From positions 832,001-896,000 of the forward strand of contig OY775910.1 of assembly GCA_963675245.1 (NCBI GenBank): a stretch of 64,000 nt of DNA, in the 5' to 3' direction. Below the pieces are notes generated by a model. That model was given only the letters and a program-made list of their open reading frames with translations. It was not told the origin of the DNA and made no database searches. Source of the stretch: Acholeplasmataceae bacterium (GTDB taxonomy: Bacteria > Bacillota_I > Bacilli_A > Acholeplasmatales > Acholeplasmataceae). Shown here piece after piece: positions 9,839 to 19,431 of the stretch (position 1 is its first letter; every line of letters starts with the position of its first letter). A program made the position numbers and the translations under genes.

Positions 9839-10927
9839 ATGACACTATTTAAAACATATGATCCGCTTAAGAAAAAGCAATTACAAATTCTTGATCCAAA
9901 AGGCAAGATTATTAATCCTGATCTTGAGCCATCTATCGATGATAAAACATTATTAAAACTTTATGACACTATGGTATTAGGACGTATTGCAGACATTAAA
10001 GCAATGCAATATCAACGTCAAGGACGCATGCTTACCTATGCCCCAAACCGTGGGCAAGAAGCCGCACAACTAGGTGCAGTCGCAGCCATGGAAAAACAAG
10101 ACTGGTTAGTCCCAGCTTTCCGTGAATTAAACGCGATGATTTATCGTGGCGTACCACTAGAAAAGATGTATCTATATTGGTATGGTAATGAATGGGGCTC
10201 ACATTTTGATGAAGATGTTCGTGTTCTACCAATTGATATCATTATTGGTTCACAAGTAAACCATGCTGCAGGTATCGCTTATGCAAGTAAAATTCAAAAG
10301 AAAAATGAAGTCGCATTAACATTTATTGGTGATGGTGGTACATCACATGGTGAATTTTATGAAGGCTTAAACTTTGGTGCGACATTTGATGTACCAATGG
10401 TTATTGTTATACAAAATAACCAATATGCCATTTCAACACCAAGACATAAAGCAACCAAAGCTGAAACATTAGCACAAAAAGCGATTGCTGCCGGTATTGA
10501 AGGTATTCAAGTCGATGGTAATGATATTTTAGCGATGTATGTGGCGACTAAATACGCGATTGACCACGCAAGAGCTGGTAAAGGTCCAGTCTTGATTGAA
10601 GCGGTCACGTATCGTTTAGGACCACACACAACGTCAGATGACCCTACGATTTATCGTAAGGATGAAGAAGTAGCTGAATGGGAAGCGAAAGATCCACTTC
10701 CACGCTTTAAAAAATATTTGATGGATAAGAAATTGTGGACAGAAGCGAAAGATAAGAAGTTACATGAAGAAAAAGCAGAATATGTGGGTGAAACATTTAG
10801 GAAGGTTGAAGCAAGTGGTCCATCAGAATTACTTGATATCTTCCAATATACTTATGCAGAAATGACACCACAATTAAAAGAACAATACGAAACACATAAG
10901 AAGTATTTAGAAGAAGGAGGTAAGTAA
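9839..10927 (+). CDS. pdhA: Pyruvate dehydrogenase E1 alpha
   Basis: QRQGR, GQEA, GDGGTS...NN TPP motif, YRLGPHTTSDDP; start after AGGAGG. Confidence 0.95.
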   Translation: MTLFKTYDPLKKKQLQILDPKGKIINPDLEPSIDDKTLLKLYDTMVLGRIADIKAMQYQRQGRMLTYAPNRGQEAAQLGAVAAMEKQDWLVPAFRELNAMIYRGVPLEKMYLYWYGNEWGSHFDEDVRVLPIDIIIGSQVNHAAGIAYASKIQKKNEVALTFIGDGGTSHGEFYEGLNFGATFDVPMVIVIQNNQYAISTPRHKATKAETLAQKAIAAGIEGIQVDGNDILAMYVATKYAIDHARAGKGPVLIEAVTYRLGPHTTSDDPTIYRKDEEVAEWEAKDPLPRFKKYLMDKKLWTEAKDKKLHEEKAEYVGETFRKVEASGPSELLDIFQYTYAEMTPQLKEQYETHKKYLEEGGK

Positions 10928-10929
10928 TC

Positions 10930-11907
10930 ATGGCAGTTATTAATTTGTTAAAAGCTATCAATGAAGCACTTGACCTCAAATTAGCAGATGATCCTACAGT
11001 CGTCGTTTTTGGTGAAGATACCGGCTTTGAAGGTGGTGTTTTCCGTGTGACTGCAGGTCTACAAAAGAAATATGGTGAAGATCGTGTATTTGATACGCCA
11101 ATCGCTGAAGCAGCGATTACAGGTAGCGCGATTGGAATGGCTATTAACGGTTTAAAGCCGGTTGCTGAAATCCAATTTGATGGATTCGTATTCCCGGGGT
11201 ATACTGAAATTGTCACCCACATGGCGAGATATAGAAATCGTTCTCGTGGTCGTTATGGATTACCGATCGTTGTCAGATTCCCTGTTGGTGGTGGCATTAG
11301 AGCATTAGAACACCACTCAGAATCTATTGAAACATTATTGGGACATATTCCGGGATTAAAAGTTGTTTTCCCTTCAACACCATATGATGCGAAAGGGTTA
11401 ATGATCTCAGCGATTGAAGATCCAGATCCAGTCATTTTCATGGAACCAAAACGTATCTATCGTTCAGGTAAACAAGAAGTACCTGCAGGGATGTATCGTA
11501 TTCCAATCGGTAAAGCAAAAGTCGTTCAAAAAGGTGATGACATTACAGTCGTTGCTTGGGGTGCGATGATGCGTGAAGCCGAAAAAGCGATTAAGCTTTT
11601 AGAGGGAGATGGGATCAGCGTTGAATTAATTGATCTTAGAACAATTAGTCCAATTGACGAAGAAACCATTATTGAATCAGTGAAGAAGACCGGACGTTTC
11701 TTAGTCGTTCAAGAAGCGGTCAAGACGTATGGTCCAGGCGCTGAACTCATTTCTCTTGTAAATGAAAAAGCATTCTTGCATCTAGAAGCTGCACCAGCAC
11801 GTGTTACTGGATTTGATATTACGGTTCCACTCGCACGTGGTGAAATGTATCATTTTGTGCAACCAGAAAGGATTGCGGCTGAAATCAAAAAAGTCGTAAA
11901 CTTTTAG
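10930..11907 (+). CDS. pdhB: Pyruvate dehydrogenase E1 beta
   Basis: GEDTG..GGVFR, DTPIAE, EIQFDGF, EHHSES. Confidence 0.95.
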   Translation: MAVINLLKAINEALDLKLADDPTVVVFGEDTGFEGGVFRVTAGLQKKYGEDRVFDTPIAEAAITGSAIGMAINGLKPVAEIQFDGFVFPGYTEIVTHMARYRNRSRGRYGLPIVVRFPVGGGIRALEHHSESIETLLGHIPGLKVVFPSTPYDAKGLMISAIEDPDPVIFMEPKRIYRSGKQEVPAGMYRIPIGKAKVVQKGDDITVVAWGAMMREAEKAIKLLEGDGISVELIDLRTISPIDEETIIESVKKTGRFLVVQEAVKTYGPGAELISLVNEKAFLHLEAAPARVTGFDITVPLARGEMYHFVQPERIAAEIKKVVNF

Positions 11908-11918
11908 GGGGTAATGTT

Positions 11919-13502
11919 ATGTATGAATTTAAATTTGCGGATATCGGTGAAGGTATCCATGAAGGTAATATCTTAGAATGGAAATTCAAAGAAGGCGACG
12001 CTGTCAATGAAGGCGATACATTAGTGATCGTTGAAACAGATAAGGTCAATGCAGAAATTCCATCACCAGTCAACGGTAAGGTCCACCAAATCAATTTTAA
12101 GGTTGGAGAAACGGTTCATGTTGGTGAAGTGCTTGTCGTATTAGATGACGGTACTGCTGAACCAGCACCAAAGAAAGAACCACAAAAAGAAGTATCTAAA
12201 AAAGAAGAACCTAAAAAAGAATCTAAAGCACCAGAAGTCACGGGTGGATTTGAGTTTAAGTTTGCTGACATTGGTGAAGGGATTCATGAGGGTAATATTT
12301 TAGAGTGGAAATATAAGGAAGGTGACGATGTTAAAGAAGGCGAAACATTAGTCATCGTTGAAACAGATAAAGTCAATGCTGAACTTCCATCACCAGTTGA
12401 GGGTAAGATTTCTAAAATTAATTTTAAAGCTGGTGAAACCGTTCATGTCGGTGAAGTATTAGTCGTTATCGGTGGTAATGCTAAACCACAAGAAGAGAAA
12501 GCACCATTAAGCGAAGGCGATGATGAAAAAGCAGCAGGCGTTATTGGTGAAATCGAAGTTTCCCATGATGTGATGGCTTCGAGCACAGAACATGAAGAAG
12601 AAAAACCTACAAAAAAATCAATGGGTAAGGTGTTAGCTACACCAGTCGCTAGAAAATTAGCAAAAGATTTAGGTGTTGACATTCAAACCGTTAAAGGTAC
12701 GGGTGAGAATGGTCGCGTCATGAAAGATGACATCAAAAAAGCAGCTAATAAACCTCAAGGGGCAACACATGTCAGTTCACCTAAAGTGAGTGTATCAACA
12801 CAAGGTGATGTTGAACTTGTGAAGATCACAAACCTTAGAAAAGCTATTGTTAAAGCTATGACGTTATCTAAACAAGTCATTCCTCATACGGTTTTACTTG
12901 ATGAAGTCAACGTCGATAAATTAGTTGATTTAAGAAAACAAGTGAAAGCACAAGCGGCTGCACAAGACATCAAGTTAACATATATGGCATTCATTATGAA
13001 GGCTGTTGTTTTAGCTCTTCAAAAATTCCCTTGGTTTAACGCAAGCTTTGACCAAGAAAACGAACAAATGGTATTAAAGAAATTCTATAACATTGGTATG
13101 GCGGTTGATACACCTGATGGTTTAATCGTTCCTAATATTAAAGATGCCAATCAAAAGAGCATCTTAGAATTAGCGAAAGACATTCAAACTGTTGGTGATT
13201 TAACTAAATCAAGAAAGATTCAACTCTCTGCGTTACAGAATTCAACCTTTAGTATAACGAACTTTGGTGCTGCAGGTATCGCTGCAGGTACTCCAATCAT
13301 TAATCATCCAGAAGTTGGTATTCTAGGTGTTGGTAAGATTGAGCAAAAAGCTGTTGTTATTGATGGCGAAATTAAAGCTGCTTACACCCTACCATTATCA
13401 TTAGCAGTCGATCACCGTGTGATTGATGGCGCTGATGCTGGAAGATTCTTAAACTATCTCAAGACGTTGCTTAGTGATCCGCTCTTGTTATTGTTAAATT
13501 GA
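11919..13502 (+). CDS. pdhC: Dihydrolipoamide acetyltransferase E2 with two lipoyl domains
   Basis: Two ETDKV lipoyl domains; E3-binding ATPVARKLA; catalytic DHRVIDG. Confidence 0.95.
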   Translation: MYEFKFADIGEGIHEGNILEWKFKEGDAVNEGDTLVIVETDKVNAEIPSPVNGKVHQINFKVGETVHVGEVLVVLDDGTAEPAPKKEPQKEVSKKEEPKKESKAPEVTGGFEFKFADIGEGIHEGNILEWKYKEGDDVKEGETLVIVETDKVNAELPSPVEGKISKINFKAGETVHVGEVLVVIGGNAKPQEEKAPLSEGDDEKAAGVIGEIEVSHDVMASSTEHEEEKPTKKSMGKVLATPVARKLAKDLGVDIQTVKGTGENGRVMKDDIKKAANKPQGATHVSSPKVSVSTQGDVELVKITNLRKAIVKAMTLSKQVIPHTVLLDEVNVDKLVDLRKQVKAQAAAQDIKLTYMAFIMKAVVLALQKFPWFNASFDQENEQMVLKKFYNIGMAVDTPDGLIVPNIKDANQKSILELAKDIQTVGDLTKSRKIQLSALQNSTFSITNFGAAGIAAGTPIINHPEVGILGVGKIEQKAVVIDGEIKAAYTLPLSLAVDHRVIDGADAGRFLNYLKTLLSDPLLLLLN

Positions 13503-13633
13503 GGTGACTAACTATTAAAAGTCAAGTACTTTTAGTAGATAAACTGTAAAAACCTCCAATAGCCATAATTTTTAGAGGTTAGCCATATAACTGGATGATT
13601 TTATGACTTAACCGCCACAGTTTAAGTAATCAA

Positions 13634-14794
13634 TTATTGTAGTTTAGAGGAATCAAAATCTTCCTGATGTGTTTCGAGATGATGAATGACTCTAATGAGT
13701 TTTTTTGAAAGATGAACCAGTGCGACACGATGATGTTTACCCTCTTGTTTCTTCTTGGTGTAGTAGTCGTAGAAGACGGGGTTATAGATCATAACCATCA
13801 TTGAGATATTGATGAGTGTTGCTCTTAGGTACTTGCTGCCACGTTTAACCAGTTTACCTGTTGAAGACATGGTGCCAGACTGTCTGATGGTTGAATCCAG
13901 ACCTGCATAGGATAACATTTCAGCGGGATTGGAGAAAAGTGAAATATCACCATATTCTGAAACGATGACAGCTGCTGAAATGATTCCGATACCTTTAATG
14001 GTTTGAATCTTAGTTGGATATCGATGCATTAAAGAAATGATCTGTTTCTCAGTTTCTTCGATATCTTGATTGAGTTTCTCAACATAAGAAATTGAAGTCT
14101 TAAGTTTGAATAGTTGATGATCTTGTGTCACACCAATGGTTGATTTTGCGAGTTCCTTCAGTTTAACAAACTTCGGATAATTGAATTTACCCATCGATCG
14201 TTTACGAAGCTTATCGAAGTGGTCATCAGTCATCCTTGCTATTTTATCCGGTGATGAAAAGCGCTTCAAGATGTATAAAGATGTATCACTATAGCCTTGT
14301 TCTTGCATAAAAGGTTTGAATTCAGGAAAGATGACATCTAAGACCTTGGTCATCATATTGTAGTGTTTCGTCCGAATTGAGATGAGTTTAAAACGTAACC
14401 TGGTCAGTGATTTTAAAGCACTTATATGATAAGATTGATGATGATAGGCTTTGTAGTCTACAGATCTCATATAAGTTGAAATCATTTGTGCATCTTTCTT
14501 ATCCGTCTTTGTTTTTCTCAGTGAATGGGCTTCTCCAAACTTCTTCACGAGAAAAGGATTAATCTCCATGAATGAATATCCATGGAGGATAAGAAATGAC
14601 TTAAGGTTTTCTCCATAATGACCTGTGGCCTCTAAGCCTATTATCATTTCTTGCTTGACTAAAGAGTTAAAGTATCCTAATAGTTCTTTAAACCCAGACT
14701 GACTGTTCTCAAATGAGAACTGATGGCTAACTGTTTCGGTGGCGATGAAACAGTCATGCTTGTACTTTGAAATATCGATGCCGATATAGATCAT
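13634..14794 (-). CDS. IS110-family DEDD recombinase/transposase
   Basis: GIDISK, GLEATG, KTDKKDA RuvC-like residues; C-terminal YAGLD..RQSG and KRGSKYLR. Confidence 0.95.
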   Translation of the reverse strand: MIYIGIDISKYKHDCFIATETVSHQFSFENSQSGFKELLGYFNSLVKQEMIIGLEATGHYGENLKSFLILHGYSFMEINPFLVKKFGEAHSLRKTKTDKKDAQMISTYMRSVDYKAYHHQSYHISALKSLTRLRFKLISIRTKHYNMMTKVLDVIFPEFKPFMQEQGYSDTSLYILKRFSSPDKIARMTDDHFDKLRKRSMGKFNYPKFVKLKELAKSTIGVTQDHQLFKLKTSISYVEKLNQDIEETEKQIISLMHRYPTKIQTIKGIGIISAAVIVSEYGDISLFSNPAEMLSYAGLDSTIRQSGTMSSTGKLVKRGSKYLRATLINISMMVMIYNPVFYDYYTKKKQEGKHHRVALVHLSKKLIRVIHHLETHQEDFDSSKLQ

Positions 14795-14834
14795 AAGTAC
14801 ACCTCCAAGAATTAAATTTGTACGTGTGGTAAGT

Positions 14835-15050
14835 CCAGCAGCGTCTTTATCTCATAATCATGTAAAAAGCGTCTTCCGCTAACTAACTATTGCTGATTAA
14901 AATAAAGACCGTGGTAAGCGTCACCTCAAAATAGTCTAGGTTATAAAAATATGACACAGATCCACAGTACATTATTAGTATATTAAATTAGAACGAAAGG
15001 AGTAAAGATTTAAAGACTTAAGTAACTAACTTAATACACTTTAAATCTTA
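14835..15050 (-). ncRNA. Predicted IS110 bridge RNA
   Basis: 5' hairpin (15006-15048), then four segments matching target-left, target-right, donor-left and donor-right in canonical order and orientation; boundaries approximate. Confidence 0.8.
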
Positions 15051-15059
15051 CATGATTAT

Positions 15060-16430
15060 ATGGCAACTTATGATGTATTAATATTAGGTGGCGGTCCAGG
15101 TGGTTATGTCGCCGCGATTAAAGCTGCTCAAAATGGATTAAAAACAGCACTGATTGAAAAAGAAGTAGTTGGAGGTATATGTTTAAATCACGGATGTATC
15201 CCAACAAAAGCATTATTGAAAAGTGCTAAAGTATATAAACAATTTAAACACGCGTCTGATTATGGTATCACGCTAAAAGGTGAGGTTGATTATGATTGGA
15301 CGAGTATGCTTAAAAGAAAAGATAAAGTCGTTAAGCAACTAACAGGCGGTGTTGCGGGATTACTTAAGAAGAATGGTGTTGATGTTTTTAACGGTTTTGG
15401 TGAAGTAGTATCTTCAACGAAAGTTAAGGTTAATGATCAAACACTTGAAACAAAAAATCTCATATTAGCAACAGGTGCCTCACCTGTCATTCCACCCATC
15501 CCTGGATTAAAAGAAGCATATGTAAAAGGGGTTGTTGTAACATCAAGAGAATTACTCCAAATTAAAGAAGCACCAACATCACTTGTCATTATTGGCGGTG
15601 GTGTCATTGGCGTAGAATTCGCAACCATCTTTAATGCACTTGGTTCTAAAATTACAATTATTGAAATGCAACCTGGCATTCTTCCACCAATGGATGATGC
15701 GATACGCACGCAATATACAAAACTTCTTAAAAAAGAAGGCATTGAGATTTTAACAAGTGCTGAAGTGAAAAAGGTTGATGATGGTACAGTTTATTATGAA
15801 CTCGATGGTAAACAACATCAAATCACAGGTGATACGGTCTTAGTCGCGGTTGGTATGCGTGCTAATTCTAAAGGTCTTGAGACGTTAAATCTTAAGATGA
15901 ACCGTGCAGCTGTAGACACAAACGATAAGCTTGAAACAAGTGTACCTCATGTGTACGCAATAGGTGATTTGAATGGGAAGTATATGCTCGCACATGTGGC
16001 ATCTCATGAAGGTGTGATCGCGATTGAAAATATTCTTGGACACGATAAGTCTATGAATTATGATCGCGTGCCTAACGCTGTTTATGGCTCACCAGAAATC
16101 GCGATGATTGGTAAAACCGAACGTGAACTAAAAGAACAAAATATTCCTTATAAAGCATCAACGTTCCCACTTATTGGTAATGGTAAATCTTTAGCAGACG
16201 GACAAAGCGAAGGGTTTATTAAATTATTAGTCAGTGAAAAGTATAAAGAAATATTAGGTGCACACATCTTGGCGTATAACGCATCTGATTTGATTGCTGA
16301 ATTAGGTGTTACGATGGAACTTGAAGGTACTGCTTATGAAATAGCGAATACCATTCACCCACACCCAACGCTATCAGAAATTGTGATGGAAGCGGCAGAA
16401 GGCGCAATCGGTAAACCTATTCATATTTAA
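15060..16430 (+). CDS. lpdA: Dihydrolipoamide dehydrogenase E3
   Basis: GGGPGGY, GGICLNHGCIPTK, GGGVIG, HPHPTLSE. Confidence 0.96.
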   Translation: MATYDVLILGGGPGGYVAAIKAAQNGLKTALIEKEVVGGICLNHGCIPTKALLKSAKVYKQFKHASDYGITLKGEVDYDWTSMLKRKDKVVKQLTGGVAGLLKKNGVDVFNGFGEVVSSTKVKVNDQTLETKNLILATGASPVIPPIPGLKEAYVKGVVVTSRELLQIKEAPTSLVIIGGGVIGVEFATIFNALGSKITIIEMQPGILPPMDDAIRTQYTKLLKKEGIEILTSAEVKKVDDGTVYYELDGKQHQITGDTVLVAVGMRANSKGLETLNLKMNRAAVDTNDKLETSVPHVYAIGDLNGKYMLAHVASHEGVIAIENILGHDKSMNYDRVPNAVYGSPEIAMIGKTERELKEQNIPYKASTFPLIGNGKSLADGQSEGFIKLLVSEKYKEILGAHILAYNASDLIAELGVTMELEGTAYEIANTIHPHPTLSEIVMEAAEGAIGKPIHI

Positions 16431-16431
16431 G

Positions 16432-16462
16432 AAAAAGGTTCCAGAGCATCTGGAACTTTTTC
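16432..16462 (+). terminator. Terminator of the pdh operon
   Basis: GTTCCAGA-gca-TCTGGAAC followed by a T tract. Confidence 0.8.
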
Positions 16463-16511
16463 TTTATGTTTGAGTGTCAACATGCTAAAATATGTCTAGA
16501 GGTGGGGAAAA

Positions 16512-17411
16512 TTGAAATATTTACTGATGTATAATCCAGTGAGTGGTCGACAAATTTTCAAAAAGAGATTACCAATGATTCAACGCTTTTTTGATAAAAC
16601 CGATCATGAATTAGATATTTACGAATCAAAAAAAGAAAACGACTTGATGCATAAAGCAGAAATTGTTGCGCCAGATTATGACGTGTTTTTAGTTGCTGGT
16701 GGCGATGGTACTGTTAATGAAGTCATCAATGGCATGATGAAAGCAGATAAAAAACCAACACTAGGTATTCTACCTTGTGGTACAGCAAATGACACAGCTG
16801 CAATGCTTGGCATACCTAGAAATATAAAACGTGCCTTAAAGATGTTTATGTCACATCAATCTGTATTAATTGATATTAATCAGATGAATGATCGTTATTT
16901 TATCTATACAGCAGCAAGCGGTATTCTATCTAGAATCAGTTATGATATCTCAAGAAGACATCTTAGAAAATATGGCTATCTCGCCTACGTGATAGAGGCA
17001 ATGAAGGACTTAACAATTGATTATCGATATCCTTTATCGATTACTTTTAACGGTGAAACCATAGATATTGAAGGCATGATGGTATTAGGTTTGGCATCTA
17101 TTCGCGTTGGTGGTGTATGGCTATTTAACTTTAGTACTTCTAAATTAAATGACGGCTTATTTGAATTAAGAATCTTTGAAAGACAAAGAAATTTTAGAAT
17201 ATTTAGATTAGTATACTTCTTTATTAGAGGTGGTGCTAAGTTAAAAGAAGACTATCATTTGGTCTCTAATGAATTTGATATTAAAACGAATGAAGATGTG
17301 AAATGGAACGCAGATGGTGAGTATTCGATGCAGGGATCTGTACATATTAAAGTTCATCAAGAAGCTATTCCGATTTACGTTTCTAAACGTGTCAAGAAGA
17401 GATTCTTTTAG
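16512..17411 (+). CDS. Diacylglycerol-kinase-family (YegS/DagK-like) lipid kinase
   Basis: NPVSG, GGDGTVNEV, LPCGTAND, DGE. Confidence 0.9.
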   Translation: MKYLLMYNPVSGRQIFKKRLPMIQRFFDKTDHELDIYESKKENDLMHKAEIVAPDYDVFLVAGGDGTVNEVINGMMKADKKPTLGILPCGTANDTAAMLGIPRNIKRALKMFMSHQSVLIDINQMNDRYFIYTAASGILSRISYDISRRHLRKYGYLAYVIEAMKDLTIDYRYPLSITFNGETIDIEGMMVLGLASIRVGGVWLFNFSTSKLNDGLFELRIFERQRNFRIFRLVYFFIRGGAKLKEDYHLVSNEFDIKTNEDVKWNADGEYSMQGSVHIKVHQEAIPIYVSKRVKKRFF

Positions 17412-17463
17412 TAGATATATGTAGTAGCAAATTAATGATTGACATGCTATAATATCAATGCGT

Positions 17464-17539
17464 GCCGAAATAGCTCAGGTGGTAGAGCAGCTGTCTCGTA
17501 ATCAGCAGGTCGTAGGTTCGAGTCCTATTTTCGGCACCA
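17464..17539 (+). tRNA. tRNA-Thr(CGT)
   Basis: 76-nt cloverleaf GCCGAAA...TTTCGGC-ACCA; anticodon loop CTCGTAA; T-loop GTTCGAG; extended -10 TGCTATAAT upstream. Confidence 0.93.
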
Positions 17540-17851
17540 TAAACTAAATTTATTATTTCTTAGAAGTTCATATACAATTGTAAAAAAAGTCAACCATAAA
17601 GGTTGATTTTTGTCTTAGTAAAGCCAGTGTATATTAGAAAAATTAATCAGTACAAAAACTAAACATATGGAAGTTCAATTAGTGGGTTTAAAATGTGTCG
17701 TAGGATAGATGAAAGACATTATATTTCTACTATTGTATGATTTAATGAATATACATTTGTTTAGTTTTTTCATTGAATGTTTTTGAGACCTATGAATTTC
17801 TAGTCTTCCAGTGATATAATTAAAATAAATACGACTTATTGGGGGATCTGA

Positions 17852-19183
17852 ATGACAGAAATTGCTTTTTTAAATGTAATTGAAAAAATTAAAAACAAAG
17901 TAATAACATATGAGAATTTTTTTAATGACGAAGATTGGAACACGTATACAGAAATTTTTGCCAAAAAGTTAAAAGATTACGAGTATTATATATTTGATGG
18001 AAGATTCGAAGATGAGCTATACAGATATACATTAGCATTAAGTAATCAAAATCTAAATGAGATAATTTTAGAAACTTTAGTAAAAGATTTCTCAGTTATA
18101 CTGAAAGAAATATACACTGTAACAAATGTTATTGTTTTGCCTTTAAACCATCTGAATATAGAATATCTTGGTCTAGAAGTACTACTTGATGAAAATATTC
18201 GTGTGTTTTCTATGGTTGAATCACAAAAAGATATAAAAAATGATAAAACATTTATATCAAAATATATTGAACAAGAATTAAATGACAGACTGAATGCACA
18301 TCATATACTTGTTACTAAAGATCCATATTTTTTTAATTATCCTATCATGACTATAAAAATTCGACATGTTGATTATAGAGTTATACATGAATCTCCTAAA
18401 ATTGTTGAGTCAGTTTATGGATTAATGAGATTAATGGATATGTTTTCAAGTAGAGAGCCAACAGATTGCGGTTGGGGTGTAAAACATAGGGATAGAAAGC
18501 AAGAAGCTTACACTTATACAGTATATTACAACTTACATAAAACCAGTAATGAAGAAGGGCTTTATGGGTATTCATTTAGGTTTAAATTTTCACCTATACT
18601 AGATATTAACACAAAAGAATTAATTGAACATAAAGATAGATTCACTGTTTTATTGAATCAAGTAATCGATTTTACATTTCTTAGTGAAAATTCTACAGAT
18701 AAAAAAGAGTATCAAATTAAGAAAAAATGGGTAAATGCCATACTATTATTTAACACTGCTTATGAGTTTGCTTCAATAGGAAAATATGATTCAGCGCTAG
18801 TATTGTTTATAATAATCATAGAATCACTTATGTTTCAAATCGATGAATACAATACGAAAAAAGATTTAATTAACAAATTATGCAAGTATTTTTCAGGGAA
18901 TGAAGTTCAGAGTATTGACATAAAAAAAACAATATTAGATATTTATGAGTATAGAAGATTTTTTGTCCATCAAGGCGTAGGATTAGAAAGATTCACGACT
19001 TATAGAAGTCTTCATGATAGGGAAGGTATTGTAAAGGGTCAAAAGCCTTTTATTTATTCAATGGGATATCCTATGCCAGAAAAAGAATTTAATAATTATA
19101 TAAATTTCATTAAATTAATACAAATAATGCTAACAAATCCCATAGAAAAATTGCTAATAGACAATAAAGTTTCAGTTAAGTAG
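17852..19183 (+). CDS. Putative HEPN-domain (ApeA-like) protein
   Basis: C-terminal helical domain with IIIESL and an Rx4H motif (RRFFVH); defence-island context. Confidence 0.6.
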   Translation: MTEIAFLNVIEKIKNKVITYENFFNDEDWNTYTEIFAKKLKDYEYYIFDGRFEDELYRYTLALSNQNLNEIILETLVKDFSVILKEIYTVTNVIVLPLNHLNIEYLGLEVLLDENIRVFSMVESQKDIKNDKTFISKYIEQELNDRLNAHHILVTKDPYFFNYPIMTIKIRHVDYRVIHESPKIVESVYGLMRLMDMFSSREPTDCGWGVKHRDRKQEAYTYTVYYNLHKTSNEEGLYGYSFRFKFSPILDINTKELIEHKDRFTVLLNQVIDFTFLSENSTDKKEYQIKKKWVNAILLFNTAYEFASIGKYDSALVLFIIIIESLMFQIDEYNTKKDLINKLCKYFSGNEVQSIDIKKTILDIYEYRRFFVHQGVGLERFTTYRSLHDREGIVKGQKPFIYSMGYPMPEKEFNNYINFIKLIQIMLTNPIEKLLIDNKVSVK

Positions 19184-19431
19184 AGTAAATATTTAATCTA
19201 TTCGACACCTATTTTTTAAATTAGTTATTGTTATCTATAATCAAGTTAAATACACACATATAACATATATAAATTAGTGTAGTGCAATCAAAATTTAATG
19301 TAAAAAAGAGATAAAGTAAATGTAGAGCACAACATTTCATTAGAATACAACGAAGTAATGATATAATAAAATAAAACAACGATTATTTATACAGATTATA
19401 TATAAAACTGTATAAAATTAGGGAGGAAAAT

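Larger units (their letters stand above)
13509..15058 (-). mobile_element. IS110-family element inserted at a TA core between the lpdA SD and its ATG
   Basis: No terminal IRs; TA at 13509-13510 and 15057-15058; removal restores GAGGTGAC-TA-T-ATG. Confidence 0.85.

Noticed and set aside
11919..12480. Duplicated lipoyl domain in PdhC as a novelty
   Set aside because: Multiple lipoyl domains are well known, and the copies are diverged at synonymous sites
13510..15068. Alternative IS110 boundaries using an AACT or TAT core
   Set aside because: AACT removes the lpdA start codon; TAT gives a plausible RBS but breaks the 17-bp junction promoter and fits the donor guides less well than TA
17439..17453. 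TTGACA and TATAAT upstream of the tRNA as a -35/-10 pair
   Set aside because: Only 3 bp apart; better read as an extended -10 (TGcTATAAT)
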